This document shows, piece after piece, positions 10,359-20,367 of a DNA stretch of 64,000 bases; within the stretch, counting starts at the first letter, position 1; each line of letters begins with the position of its first letter. Source of the DNA: an uncultured Alphaproteobacteria bacterium (lineage in GTDB: Bacteria > Pseudomonadota > Alphaproteobacteria > Rhizobiales > Aestuariivirgaceae); assembly GCA_963805405.1 (NCBI GenBank), contig CAWDUC010000010.1, forward strand, positions 21,142-85,141. The letters are read 5' to 3'. The position numbers and the translations under genes are program-made. Under the pieces are notes generated by a model that saw only the letters and a program-made list of their open reading frames with translations, was not told the DNA's origin and did no database searches.

Positions 10359-11867
10359 CTAGAGTGCACCCCGCTTCCGCCGCTCCATGTAATCCTTGAG
10401 TGCTTCCTCGATGTCGGCATCGATCGGCGGCCGCTGGTAAGTCTCGACCATCTGCTTCCAGATGCGATTGGCCTTTTGCGGTGCCGTCTCGCTGCCGCGC
10501 TCGCGCCAGCTCTCGTAATTGTCCCAGTTGGAAACCAGCGGCGTGTAAAATGCCGTCTCGTAGCGCGCGAGTGTATGGGCGGTACCGAAATAATGCCCGG
10601 CCGGCCCGACATCGCGGATGGCGTCGAGCGCCAGGCTCTCGGTATCGACTGAAAACGGTTCGCAATAGGCGGCCATCATCTGCAGCATCTCGGCATCGAG
10701 AATGAGCTTCTCGAACGATGCCGTCAGCCCGCCATGCAGCCAGCCCGCTGCATGAAGTATCATATTGGCGCCGCCCATGACGGCACCCCACAGAGCCATC
10801 ATGCTTTCATAGGCCGCCTGGGCATCGACATCGTTCGCCGCATTCACATTGCTCGAGCGGAACGGCACGCCGATATGCCGCGCCAATTGTCCCGAGGCTT
10901 GCGCGGCCTGTGCATATTCCGGCGTGCCGAAGGCGGGCGCGCCGGACCGCATATCGACGTTCGACGTGAAGCCGCCATACATGACGGGCGTCCCCGGCCG
11001 GACGATCTGGCAGAGCACGATGCCGGCCAAGGCCTCTGCATGTTGCTGCGCGAGCGCCCCGGCCAATGTCACCGGCGACATCGCGCCTGCCAAGGTGAAC
11101 GGCGTCACCACCACGCATTGCCCGTGCTCGGCATAGGTCATGAGCCCTTCGGCCATCGGAATGTCGAGCTGCAAGGGCGAATTGGTATTGATGATGCAGG
11201 TAAAGACCGGCCGATCGATCAAGCCTTCGCGCGTCGTACCGAGCGAGATCGCCGCCATTTCGAGAGCATCGATCGAGCGCTCTGTGCCCAGTCCCTGCGG
11301 CTGCCAGTTCTTGTCGAGCAAGGTGATCTCGGCGAAGTACAGATCGAGATGGCGCGTTTCGGCGGGAAGATCGAGCGGCTCGAAGGGTCCGCCGCCTTCC
11401 TGATGCAGGATGTTGAGACCCTGCACGACCTTGAGATAGTCGCACATTTCGGCATAGGTGCCGGCCCGCCTGCCGCCTTCGAGATCCATCACATAGGCGG
11501 GGCCGCCGACGGAAGAGAAAATGCCGTTGCGCTTGCCGACCTTGACATTCCTCGCCGGATTGCGCGCTTCGAGGGTGAATTCCGCTGGCGCCTTGGCGAT
11601 GAGCTCGGTCACCATCGCGCGATCGAAACGAACCCGATCCTCGCCGGGCTCGATCCTCGCTCCGGCAGCGCGATAATATTCGCGCGCCCGCGGCTCCAGT
11701 ACCTTCATGCCGATCTCTTCAAGGACCGTCAGTGCCGTGTCGTGGATACGCTCAACCTGGTCGGCATTCAGAATCCGGATCGGCTCGTAAGGCAGCGAGA
11801 ATTGTTTCCACGGACGCTGTGCAATAGCGCCAACGATGCGGGTCGGGCGTTCGCGGCGGCGGCTCAT
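10359..11867 (-). CDS. trimethylamine methyltransferase (MttB) superfamily protein, non-pyrrolysine (putative quaternary amine:corrinoid methyltransferase)
   Basis: Intact ~503 aa: EYYRAAGARIEPGEDRVRFDRAMVTELIAKAP...GGPAYVMDLEGGRRAGTYAEMCDYLKVVQGLNILHQEGG...FTSNVDMRSGAPAFGTPEYAQA...ILHAAGWLHGGLTASFEKLILDAEMLQMM; no in-frame TAG. Confidence 0.85.
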   Translation of the reverse strand: MSRRRERPTRIVGAIAQRPWKQFSLPYEPIRILNADQVERIHDTALTVLEEIGMKVLEPRAREYYRAAGARIEPGEDRVRFDRAMVTELIAKAPAEFTLEARNPARNVKVGKRNGIFSSVGGPAYVMDLEGGRRAGTYAEMCDYLKVVQGLNILHQEGGGPFEPLDLPAETRHLDLYFAEITLLDKNWQPQGLGTERSIDALEMAAISLGTTREGLIDRPVFTCIINTNSPLQLDIPMAEGLMTYAEHGQCVVVTPFTLAGAMSPVTLAGALAQQHAEALAGIVLCQIVRPGTPVMYGGFTSNVDMRSGAPAFGTPEYAQAAQASGQLARHIGVPFRSSNVNAANDVDAQAAYESMMALWGAVMGGANMILHAAGWLHGGLTASFEKLILDAEMLQMMAAYCEPFSVDTESLALDAIRDVGPAGHYFGTAHTLARYETAFYTPLVSNWDNYESWRERGSETAPQKANRIWKQMVETYQRPPIDADIEEALKDYMERRKRGAL

Positions 11868-13900
11868 GGGTCTGGCCTTTCCCGCTTGAGAGGTGATTTT
11901 ACGACACTGCCGAATTCGCGCGCGAAGCGATGACCGGAAAAGACCGCGTCCGCAATATGCGAGGGATTGAAGCAATCGCCGATTCGCGTCATCGACGGCG
12001 CATCGGGCATCGAAGCCAATAGCTGATAAAGCAAATCATCCGGCGTCTTGCCGGTCACGAGTATCAATCGGCCAAGCGGCAGGCTCTTCTCTTGGCCCGA
12101 ATAGGCGCAGGCGAAGCACGCTTCATCGCGGCGTCGCGCTGACGAGCCCATGCGACAGGAGAAGCTCGACGCCAAGCTCAATCAAGCGTGCCTGGATGAA
12201 GCCCTGCTCGTCGGTCATCGCCGTCCATGACGAGACGACGGACCCCGGCGTGACATAGGTTACAGCGTGCCCGGCCGTCTTTAATTTCTCGGCCAGCGCA
12301 GTCGCCACTGCGTAATGGTCATCATCATAGATGACGATCGGGCTAGAGAGATCGCCGAGCGCATCGGGCGTGGCGACGGACGCGTCTGCGGCAATCTTGA
12401 CTGGCGTCTCGCCCACCGCGCCGATCCCATCCTTGCGCCAGGTGCTCCCGGTGGCGAGAACGACATGATCGGCGCCGAAGCCGATCACGTCTTCGGCCGT
12501 GAGCCGGCTTTCGCGATAGACCGAAACATTGGCGAGTTTCGAAGCATGTGCTCGCGATAGTCGCGCACCCGGATCCAGGTGCCGAGGCCCGGCAGTGCGG
12601 ACTCAGCAAGAACGCGCCCGCCCAATTGCGCCGTCGCCTCGGCCAGTGTCACCTCATAGCCGCGCTTGCCGAGCGCCAGCGCGCATTCGAGCCCGGCCGG
12701 GCCGCCGCCGACCACCAGCACATGCGCTCGTTGATGTTTCGGCTCGATCCGTTCCGGATGCCAGCCGCGCCGCCATTCCTCGCCCATGGTCGGGTTCTGC
12801 GTGCAGCGCAGATGGCACGCCTCGTTGTTGGCCGCCCGGCAGATATTGCAGCCGATGCATTCGCGGATTTCGTCCTCGCGGCCTTCGCGGATCTTGGTCG
12901 GCAGGAACGGATCGGCGATCGAGGGCCGCGCCGCGCCGATGAAATCGGTGAATGCCGCGCCTGATCTGGCGACACCATGAGATCGGGCGAGGTGAAGCGC
13001 CCGACCGTCGACCACCGGCTTCGATGGTCATGCGATTTGACGAAGGAAATATATTCGTCCTGGTAGCCTTCCTCGCCGAAAACGCGCGCACTCTTGAAAT
13101 CATTGCCGAGCGCTCCGGCGACATTCACGTCCCAAAGATCGGGCAATTCGGCGAGCATGGCCCATGATCTCGCGCGCCTCGCCATCGGCAGGTGATGCCG
13201 TGCGGCCCGTGCAGTTCATCGACCGCCATGCGTACCGCGACCGCCGCAGCTTGCCGCCGCGTCGCCTCGCGCGTCACCTCGATCATCTCGCGCAGCAGCC
13301 GCGCGCGGTTTTCGAGTCGAGCCGCCATATTCGTCGATGCGCCGGTTGGTGCGCGGCGACAGGAACTGGAAGGGCAGATAGTCGTGGCCGGCATAGACAT
13401 AGACGATGTCAAAGCCGGCCTTGACCGCGCGTTCCGCGGCGAGCCTCTGCCAGTCGCGGAAAGCGGCGATGTCGGCCTTGTCCATGGCGCGCGCGCCCAT
13501 CGGCTGAACGAATTTGGCGCGCTGGCCCGAAGGCGACAGCATCGGCTCGCGGGTCAGCCGGTTATTGGCGTGGAAGCCGCCATGCCAGAGCTCGACCGCG
13601 GCGAGGCTGCCATGGGCATGGACGGCATCGGCGATCTTGGCGAGCGCCTGGACATCGTCTTCGTCCCACAGGGTCAAATAGCCATAAGGGAAATCATCAG
13701 ACGACGGATGAATGGAGCAGTATTCGGTGCAGACCACGCCCCAGCCGCCTTCGGCCTTGATGCCGCGCAGGGCCGCGCGAGGCTTTCGGCGCGCGCCAGC
13801 CCATGCCGGTTGCATGCGGCGTCTGGTAGAAGCGGTTCGGCGCGGTGACCGGGCCGATCTTCATCTCCTGGAACAGGATATCGTAGCGGGGATTGCGCAT
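11864..13900 (-). pseudogene. trimethylamine dehydrogenase / N-methylproline demethylase (StcD)-like FMN-[4Fe-4S]-FAD oxidoreductase (at least 5 frame changes)
   Basis: Pieces across ORFs 13697..13948, 13216..13815, 13125..13412, 12649..13185, 12485..13015, 12123..12488 and 11864..12181: MRNPRYDILFQEMKIGPVTAPNRFYQTPHATGMGW, AEGGWGVVCTEYCSIHPSSDD, AVELWHGG, IECIGCNICRAANNEACHLRCTQNPTMGEEWRRGWHPERI, AHVLVVGGGPAGLECALALGKRGYEVTLAEA. These are collinear with the TMADH/DMADH family. Confidence 0.8.
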
Positions 13901-14036
13901 GTCTTTCCTTGTTGAACGTTTGTACAATAAGGAATGCACCCCGCGCAAGCCGATCCTCTCCCTTGCCCTTCACTTTGTCATTGCCGGGCTTGTCCCGGCA
14001 ATCCATCATGCAGGAACAGAATGGGAGGCCGCATCA

Positions 14037-15027
14037 ATGTCGCCAGTGAAATGGGGAATCATCTCGACCGCCAAGATCGGCACCGAGAAAGTCATTCCCG
14101 GCATGCTCAAGAGCAAGCATCTCGAAGTCGTCGCCATCGCGTCTCGCGACTTGAAGACCGCCAAGGCCGCGGCCAAGAAGCTCGGCATTCCGAAAGCCTA
14201 TGGCTCTTACGAGGAGCTTCTCGCCGATCCCGAGATCGAGGCGGTCTATAACCCGCTGCCCAATCATCTCCACGTGCCGTTGACCTTGAAAGCCGCCGCC
14301 GCCGGCAAGCATGTCTTGTGCGAAAAGCCGATCGCCATCACCGCCAAGGAAGCGCAGAAGCTCAAGAAGGTGAAGCGCGGCATGCATGTCGCCGAGGCCT
14401 TCATGGTCCGCCACAATCCGCAATGGATCGAAGTCAAGGAGCGGGTCAAGAAGGGCGAGATCGGCACGGTGCGGGCGATCCAGGTCTTCTTCACCTATTA
14501 CCTCGACGATCCCTCGAACATCCGCAACATGGCGAAGATCGGCGGCGGCGGCATGCTCGATATCGGTTGCTACCCGATCACCGTCGCACGCTTCGTTTTT
14601 GATGCCGAGCCGAAGCGCGTCATCGCGCTCATCGATCGCGATCCCAAATTCAAGACCGACCGGCACCGCCAGCGGCATTGCCGATTTCGGCAATGGAAGG
14701 CAACTGACCTTCACCGTCTCGACGCAGACCGCACCCTATCAGCGCGCCCATATTGGCGGCACGAAAGGCCGCATCGAGGTCGAAATCCCGTTCAACGCAC
14801 CCCCCGACGTGCCCAACCGGCTATTCATCCAGGGCATGGAAATGAACAAGGGCCAGTGGCGCGAATTGCCGGTGAGCGACCAGTACCAGATGCAGGCGGA
14901 AGCCTTCGGCCGCGTCATCCGCAAACAGGATAAGCTCAAGCATGGCGTCGATGATGCGATCCAGAACATGAAAATCCTCGACGCCTTCTTCCGCTCCGCC
15001 AAGTCGGGGAAGTGGGAGAAGCCGTAA
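14037..15027 (+). pseudogene. Gfo/Idh/MocA family oxidoreductase (frameshift ~14660)
   Basis: MSPVKWGIISTAKIGTEKVIPGMLKSKHLEVVAIASRDLKTAKAAAKKLGIPKAYGSYEELLADPEIEAVYNPLPNHLH...CEKPIA in the ORF-13893 frame; the C-terminus ...GRQLTFTVSTQTAPYQRAHIGGTKGRIEVEIPFN... is in ORF 14386..15027. Confidence 0.82.
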
Positions 15028-15219
15028 TCTCCTTACGCGGGAACGGCCGAGAATCCACAACTAGGAATAGAAATCAACGCTGGGTGGCCTAGGAAGCCCG
15101 TACAGCGAGTTTCGGGCCTTCTCGGCCACCCCCCTAGCGGCCCACCCGGCGCAGGGGCTCTACGTCGTTCCTGGTTACGTTCTAAGGCCTGTCTGGCGGC
15201 CGAGGTCGCCTTACCGGCC

Positions 15220-16121
15220 CTACCCTTGGTTCCAGAGCCGCGCGGCACCCCTGACCCCGCTCTTTTCCCCATGGGCAGCCCGCGCCACCCGGACTTTGGC
15301 CTGCCCGGAGAAGGTGTAGGGGCGCGTCCGCGCGCCCAGTTCCTCGACCAGTTCGGGAAGCGACGACAATCCGCCCCCGACCACGAAAATATCGGGATCG
15401 AGCGTATTGACGAGGCTGGCGGTCACTCTTGCGAAACGATCGGCGAGGCGCTCCAAAGCAGCCTTGGCGGCACTCTCCCCGGCCCTCGCCCGTGCGACGA
15501 TCTCGGCACCTTTGAGCGATGTCCCGTCACCGCGTTGTAGTCGCGGGCAAGGCCGGTGCCCGAGACATATTGCTCGACGCAGCCGGCTTTCCCGCAAAAG
15601 CACGGCAGCAACGGCCACTCCGTCTCGTTCGGCCAGGGCAAGGCGAGATGTCCGAATTCAGCGGCTTCGGCATTGGGGCCGGACCGCAATCTGCCGTCGA
15701 TGACGAGTCCGCCGCCCAGCGCGGTGCCGATCGTGTAGAAGCAGACGACCGGATAGCCTGCCCCTGCGCCGTCGAAGGCTTCCGACAGCGCGAAGCAATT
15801 CGCGTCATTCTCGAGCTTCACCGGCAACGCGATGGCTTTGGCGAGATCGCCAGGCAATGGCCGGCCGTTGCAAAAGACCATGTTCGCATTGCGCCACAGG
15901 CCTGTCTCGGGCGAGGCCGAACCCGGCGCGCCGATGCCGACGGTGGCGTCCGGTCCTGCGACTTTCGCCGCCTCGCCGACAAGCGCCGCGACGGCCTCGA
16001 TCAGCTTTGCATAATCGCCCGGCGTCGTGATCCGCCTTTCGAATTGCGATTGGCCTTCGGATGAGAGAACCAAGGCATCGATCTTGGTGCCGCCAATGTC
16101 GATGCCGATGCGCGACGGCAT
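15220..16121 (-). pseudogene. ROK family sugar kinase (N-acetylglucosamine kinase-like; frameshift ~15540)
   Basis: MPSRIGIDIGGTKIDALVLS...GIGAPGSASPETGLWRNANMVFCNGRPLPGDLAKAIALPVKLENDANCFALSEA...EFGHLALPW...CFCGKAGCVEQYVSGTGL in ORF 15423..16121; the C-terminal DIFVVGGGLSSLPELVEEL...RVARAAHGEKSGVRGAARLW is in ORF 15220..15618. Confidence 0.85.
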
Positions 16122-16127
16122 GGTCTC

Positions 16128-16460
16128 TCAAGTGCGCTTGTAGACATCATCATAGCGGATGATGTCGTCTTCGCCGAGATAGTCGCCGAATTGTACTTCG
16201 ATCACCGCGACCTCGTCCTTGCCGAAATTCTCGAGCCGGTGCTTGGCGCCTTGCGGAATATCGATCGATTGCGCGCGCGTATATTCTTTGACGCTGTCAT
16301 TGACAGTCACCGTCGCGGTGCCGTTCACCACCGTCCAGTGCTCGCCGCGGTGCTTATGGCTCTGCAGTGAGAGGCGCCCGCCCGGCTTTAACCACGATGC
16401 GCTTCACCTTGAAGCCCGGCTGCTCGTCGAGAACATGAAATGCCCCCCAGGGCCGTTCCT
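16128..16460 (-). pseudogene. cupin-domain protein (mannose-6-phosphate isomerase type II C-terminal-like; 1-nt indel ~16395)
   Basis: MYSEERPWGAFHVLDEQPGFKVKRIVVK then a shift to PGGRLSLQSHKHRGEHWTVVNGTATVTVNDSVKEYTRAQSIDIPQGAKHRLENFGKDEVAVIEVQFGDYLGEDDIIRYDDVY. Confidence 0.78.
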
Positions 16461-16494
16461 CGCTGTACATGGTTTGATACTCCGCGAACTCTCA

Positions 16495-17300
16495 ATTGTC
16501 CCACTTCGGCGCCCAGCCCGACGGCGAGATCAAGCGCCGGTTGCCCATGCTCACTTGCGTGATCGCATCCATGTCGGCTTGCGACAGGACGAGATCGAGC
16601 GCCCGCAGATTGGACTGCGCATTCTCGCGCTTCGTCGTCATCGGGATCGCCACGACATCCTGCTGCATGATCCAGGCGAGCGCCACTTCCGAGGCTGGCC
16701 GCTTAAACGATAGCCGATCTCCTGGATGACCTTGTTCTTCATCGCTTCGCCGCGACCCAAGGGACAATAGGCCATCAACGCCATGCCAAGCCTTGCGGCT
16801 TCCGCCTTTACGCGCGCCTGATCGATCAAAGGATGAAACTCGACCTGGTTGGCGATGAGCGCATGGGCGGTGCGTGCTTGTGCCCGCTGCATCATCGCGA
16901 TGGTGAAATTGCTCACCCCGATCGCCTTCGCGAAGCCGCGCTCCTTCGCTTCGATGAGGAGATCCACTGCCGTGTCGAAATGCTTGTCCGCGGGTGGCCA
17001 ATGGATGAGGAGAAGGTCGACGGGGCCGCCAAGATGCGCGATCGACCGCTCGACCGAAGTAAGAAAGCGATCGGCGCCGATATTGCCCGGATCGACCTTG
17101 GTGACGATGTAAAGATCCTGACGCTGGATGCCGGAGCGTTGAAGCGCGCGGCCGACCTCGGCCTCGTTGCCATACATTTGCGCCGTGTCGACATGCCGGA
17201 AACCGAGTTCGAGGGCTGTTGCGATCGCCCGGTCGGCCTCATCGCTCGACAAGGGATAGGTGCCGAAGCCCAGGATCGGGATGCCGTTGACGCGCTTCAT
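16495..17300 (-). pseudogene. aldo/keto reductase family oxidoreductase (frameshift ~16710)
   Basis: ILGFGTYPLSSDEADRAIATALELGFRHVDTAQMYGNEAEVGRAL...DLYIVTKV...VDLLLIHWP...KAIGVSNF...NQVEFHPL in ORF 16638..17300; the C-terminus ...EVALAWIMQQDVVAIPMTTKRENAQSNL is in ORF 16492..17001. Confidence 0.85.
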
Positions 17301-17368
17301 GGCAATGTCTGCGTGGTTGCGTTGGCGCCGTTATCGCGCGGCGCTGACATGCTGGCAACAGCAGGAGG

Positions 17369-17983
17369 CTAGTCGCCGACCTTCTCGTTTGGATAGACGC
17401 CCCACAGCATCGTTTGTTCTATCCAGCCTTCATAGCCGCTGACCGAGATCTGGCACCAGGTGCCGCTGCAATCCTCGATCTCGGCGACGACGCCCGAATT
17501 GACCTTGGCGATCAGCCCGCCTTCGAGACCTGCGGCGGAATACATCGGAATCGCATCGCCCTTTCGCCAGGGCGCCACCAATGCGGTACGCTTGCCAGCG
17601 AGCATGCTCTGATAGACCCAGCCCTCTTCGCCATCATTGTCGCGAATGCGCCGCCAATTCTCGAATTCGGCGACGATCTCGACCGGCAGGCCGCGGCGTT
17701 GGAACACCCAGGCGACCTGATGCTCGCTGGCCGGCCCGCGCCGGACATTGACCTTTTCGGCCTTGAGCGAAACGAAGCGCGGTAACGGCAATCCCGTGGC
17801 GCCGACCACCACATCCGGGCGTCCCAGCGAGGCAGTGATTTCGCCTGCCGCCGGTTCGGCGGTGGCGACACCCGAATTTCTCTTTGAAAACAACGCGTAG
17901 GCCGTGGCGAGAGCAATCGCGAGACAGCTCACAGCCATCGTCACGGAGCCGATCCGGCGCATGATCGACCGCGAATCACTCAT
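17369..17983 (-). CDS. SH3b (bacterial SH3-like) domain-containing secreted protein
   Basis: N-terminal signal/TM segment (SVTMAVSCLAIALATAYA), then two SH3-like repeats (RFVSLKAEKVNVRRGPASEHQVAWVFQRRGLPVEIVAEFENWRRIRDNDGEEGWVYQSML and PMYSAAGLEGGLIAKVNSGVVAEIEDCSGTWCQISVSGYEGWIEQTML). Confidence 0.75.
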   Translation of the reverse strand: MSDSRSIMRRIGSVTMAVSCLAIALATAYALFSKRNSGVATAEPAAGEITASLGRPDVVVGATGLPLPRFVSLKAEKVNVRRGPASEHQVAWVFQRRGLPVEIVAEFENWRRIRDNDGEEGWVYQSMLAGKRTALVAPWRKGDAIPMYSAAGLEGGLIAKVNSGVVAEIEDCSGTWCQISVSGYEGWIEQTMLWGVYPNEKVGD

Positions 17984-18254
17984 TTGCGCTACCCCAAGGA
18001 CCCACCCTTGTTCCCCGTCTCAAGCCGCTCCGCCAATCCCCTGAGCCGCCAGACCTCACCAAACCCTGCCACGCAAATGCGTCAACCCGATGGCTGCCGC
18101 ATTCTTCCCGGCTAAGGCTGTACAGTCCGCCCGATCATGCCCTAGACACCGAAGCCAGTCTAGAAGAGCCTCAGGTAGTACCCAAGGCACCCATGGCCGA
18201 ACCCTGGGCCTTCAGGGTTAAGGATGCGTCAAGAACGGCGGGCGAGGAAAACCC

Positions 18255-19244
18255 ATGACCAAAAGAAAACCCCTGGTGATTGTCACCCGCAAATTGCCCG
18301 ACGTTGTTGAGACCCGCATGCGCGAGCTGTTCAATACCAGGCTTAACGACGCCGACCAGCCGCTCTCGAAGGCAGAACTCGTCGAGGCCGTGAAGCAGGC
18401 CGAAGTCCTGGTTCCGACCGTCACCGACCGCATCGACAAGACGATCCTCGCCCAGGCCGGCGAGCAGTTGCAGCTGATCGCCAATTTCGGCAATGGCGTC
18501 GACAATATCGATGTCGAGACCGCGGTCGCCCGCGGTATTACCGTCACCAACACGCCGGGCGTGCTCACCGAAGACACTGCCGACATGACCATGGCCTTGA
18601 TCCTTGCCGTTTCGCGCCGTCTGATCGAGGGTGCGCAGGTCATCGGCCCGGACAATACTTGGCAGGGTTGGTCGCCGACCTGGATGCTCGGCTCGCGCAT
18701 CTGGGGCAAGCGTTTGGGCATCATCGGCATGGGGCGCATCGGTTCGGCGCTCGCCCGCCGCGCCAAGGCCTTCGGACTCCAGATCCACTATCACAACCGG
18801 AAGCCTGTCGCTTCCGTCCTCGAGGAAGAGCTTGAAGCGACCTATTGGGAAAGCCTCGACCAGATGCTCGCCCGCATGGACATCATCTCGGTCAACTGCC
18901 CGCACACCCCCGCGACCTATCATCTGCTCTCGGCACGGCGTCTCAAATTGCTGCGTCCCGTCGCCATCATCGTCAACACGGCGCGTGGCGAGATCATCGA
19001 CGAGAACGCACTCGCGCGCATGCTGGAGGCGGGCGAGCTCGGCGGTGCCGGCCTCGATGTCTTCGAGCATGAACCAGCGGTCAATCCGCGGCTTCTCAAG
19101 TCGAAGCGCACCGTATTGTTGCCGCATATGAGTTCGGCGACCATCGAAGGTCGCATCGACATGGGCGAGAAGGTGATCATCAACATCAAGACCTGGGTCG
19201 ACGGCCACAAGCCGCCCGACCGCGTCCTGCCTGCGATGCTTTAA
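18255..19244 (+). CDS. D-isomer-specific 2-hydroxyacid dehydrogenase (glyoxylate/hydroxypyruvate reductase-like)
   Basis: Intact 329 aa; GKRLGIIGMGRIGSALARRAKAFG (NAD Rossmann motif), IVNTARGEIIDENAL, GAGLDVFEHEP. Confidence 0.9.
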   Translation: MTKRKPLVIVTRKLPDVVETRMRELFNTRLNDADQPLSKAELVEAVKQAEVLVPTVTDRIDKTILAQAGEQLQLIANFGNGVDNIDVETAVARGITVTNTPGVLTEDTADMTMALILAVSRRLIEGAQVIGPDNTWQGWSPTWMLGSRIWGKRLGIIGMGRIGSALARRAKAFGLQIHYHNRKPVASVLEEELEATYWESLDQMLARMDIISVNCPHTPATYHLLSARRLKLLRPVAIIVNTARGEIIDENALARMLEAGELGGAGLDVFEHEPAVNPRLLKSKRTVLLPHMSSATIEGRIDMGEKVIINIKTWVDGHKPPDRVLPAML

Positions 19245-19293
19245 TACTTACGATCCCTGTCTCAATGCAAGGGCATTGGGAGAAAGAAGTACA

Positions 19294-20367
19294 TTAGTCT
19301 CTCTTTTCCGGATCGGGATCAGCTTCGGTCCCGGCGGCAGGAGTATCGGGCGCCGTAGGTTCGGTTGGTGTCTCGGCTGGCGCATCAGACTCGGCCCTTG
19401 CTGCGGGCTCGACCTTCGCTTGCGTATGGATGCGTACGCGCTTCACCCGTCTCGGATCGGAATCGATGATCTCGAATTCGATACCGCTCGGATGCCGGAT
19501 CAATTCGCCGCGCACCGGAACGCGCCCCGCCATCGAGAAGATCAGCCCGCCCAAAGTATCGGCGTCCTCCTCGCGCTCTTCGGGGAGGAAATCGACTTTC
19601 AGAAGCTTTTCGAGTTCCTCGATATCGACGCGGCCATCGGCGACATAGACGCCGTTCTCACCGCCTCGCACCAGGTTCTCATCGGTGTCGTGCTCATCCG
19701 AAATGTCGCCGACGATCTCCTCGACGAGGTCCTCGATCGATACCAATCCGTCCGTGCCGCCATACTCGTCGACGACGATGGCGAGATGGATATGGCTTGC
19801 CTGCATTTTGATGAGGAGTTCGGGCGCCGGCATCGAGGGCGGCACGAACAGAAGATCGCGCGTCAGTCCTGCCTGTTTGATGCCGAGCGACAATTCACCG
19901 CCGGTGAGCGAGAAGCCAGGCGCTGCGGGCTTGGCAGCCGCCGTCTTGCCGGTGCGTTTTTTCTGGCCGCTCCGTTGCGCCATCCAGCGCAAAAGATCCT
20001 TCACATGGATGAAGCCTGCGATGTCGTCGAGCGTCTCGTGATAGATCGGCACGCGGGAATGATTGGCGTCGATGAAGGTCTCGAGCAGGCTGCGGATATT
20101 CGCCGTATCCTCGAGCGCCACGATATCGGCCCGCGGCACCATCACATCTTCGACCCGCATGTCTGCGAATTCGATGATGTTGAGCATCATCGAGCGGGCT
20201 TCATCGGCAATCTGCGATTCGCCGTCGCTGCCGGAATGCGTGTCGATAACGTTTTGCAGGCTTTCCTGGAAGGAACTGTCGCGGCCCGCGCCGAAACGCT
20301 GTTTCAGTTGGTGCCACAAGCCCGAACGGCGCTGCGATCTGCCATTCGACGGCGGTTGCGAACTCAC
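19294..20367 (-). CDS. corC: CorC/HlyC-family transporter-associated protein (CBS pair + CorC_HlyC domains)
   Basis: DMRVEDVMVPRADIVALEDTANIRSLLETFIDANHSRVPIY...LAIVVDEYGGTDGLVSIEDLVEEIVGDISDEHD...; the acidic Pro/Ala/Thr-rich C-terminal tail is typical of Rhizobiales. Confidence 0.88.
   Translation of the reverse strand: MSSQPPSNGRSQRRSGLWHQLKQRFGAGRDSSFQESLQNVIDTHSGSDGESQIADEARSMMLNIIEFADMRVEDVMVPRADIVALEDTANIRSLLETFIDANHSRVPIYHETLDDIAGFIHVKDLLRWMAQRSGQKKRTGKTAAAKPAAPGFSLTGGELSLGIKQAGLTRDLLFVPPSMPAPELLIKMQASHIHLAIVVDEYGGTDGLVSIEDLVEEIVGDISDEHDTDENLVRGGENGVYVADGRVDIEELEKLLKVDFLPEEREEDADTLGGLIFSMAGRVPVRGELIRHPSGIEFEIIDSDPRRVKRVRIHTQAKVEPAARAESDAPAETPTEPTAPDTPAAGTEADPDPEKRD

Noticed and set aside
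10734-11933. 399-aa plus-strand ORF antisense to the mttB-like gene; similar long antisense ORFs at 18171..19208, 19276..20388, 30485..31444, 31588..32499, 32545..33708, 39945..40865, 46593..48134 and 60818..62134
   Set aside because: All lie opposite well-supported genes and have high-GC low-complexity translations.
15033-15272. 79-aa ORF in the Gfo/ROK convergent spacer
   Set aside because: Gly/Arg/Pro-rich low-complexity translation with no start context; the region is more plausibly non-coding RNA or terminator structure.
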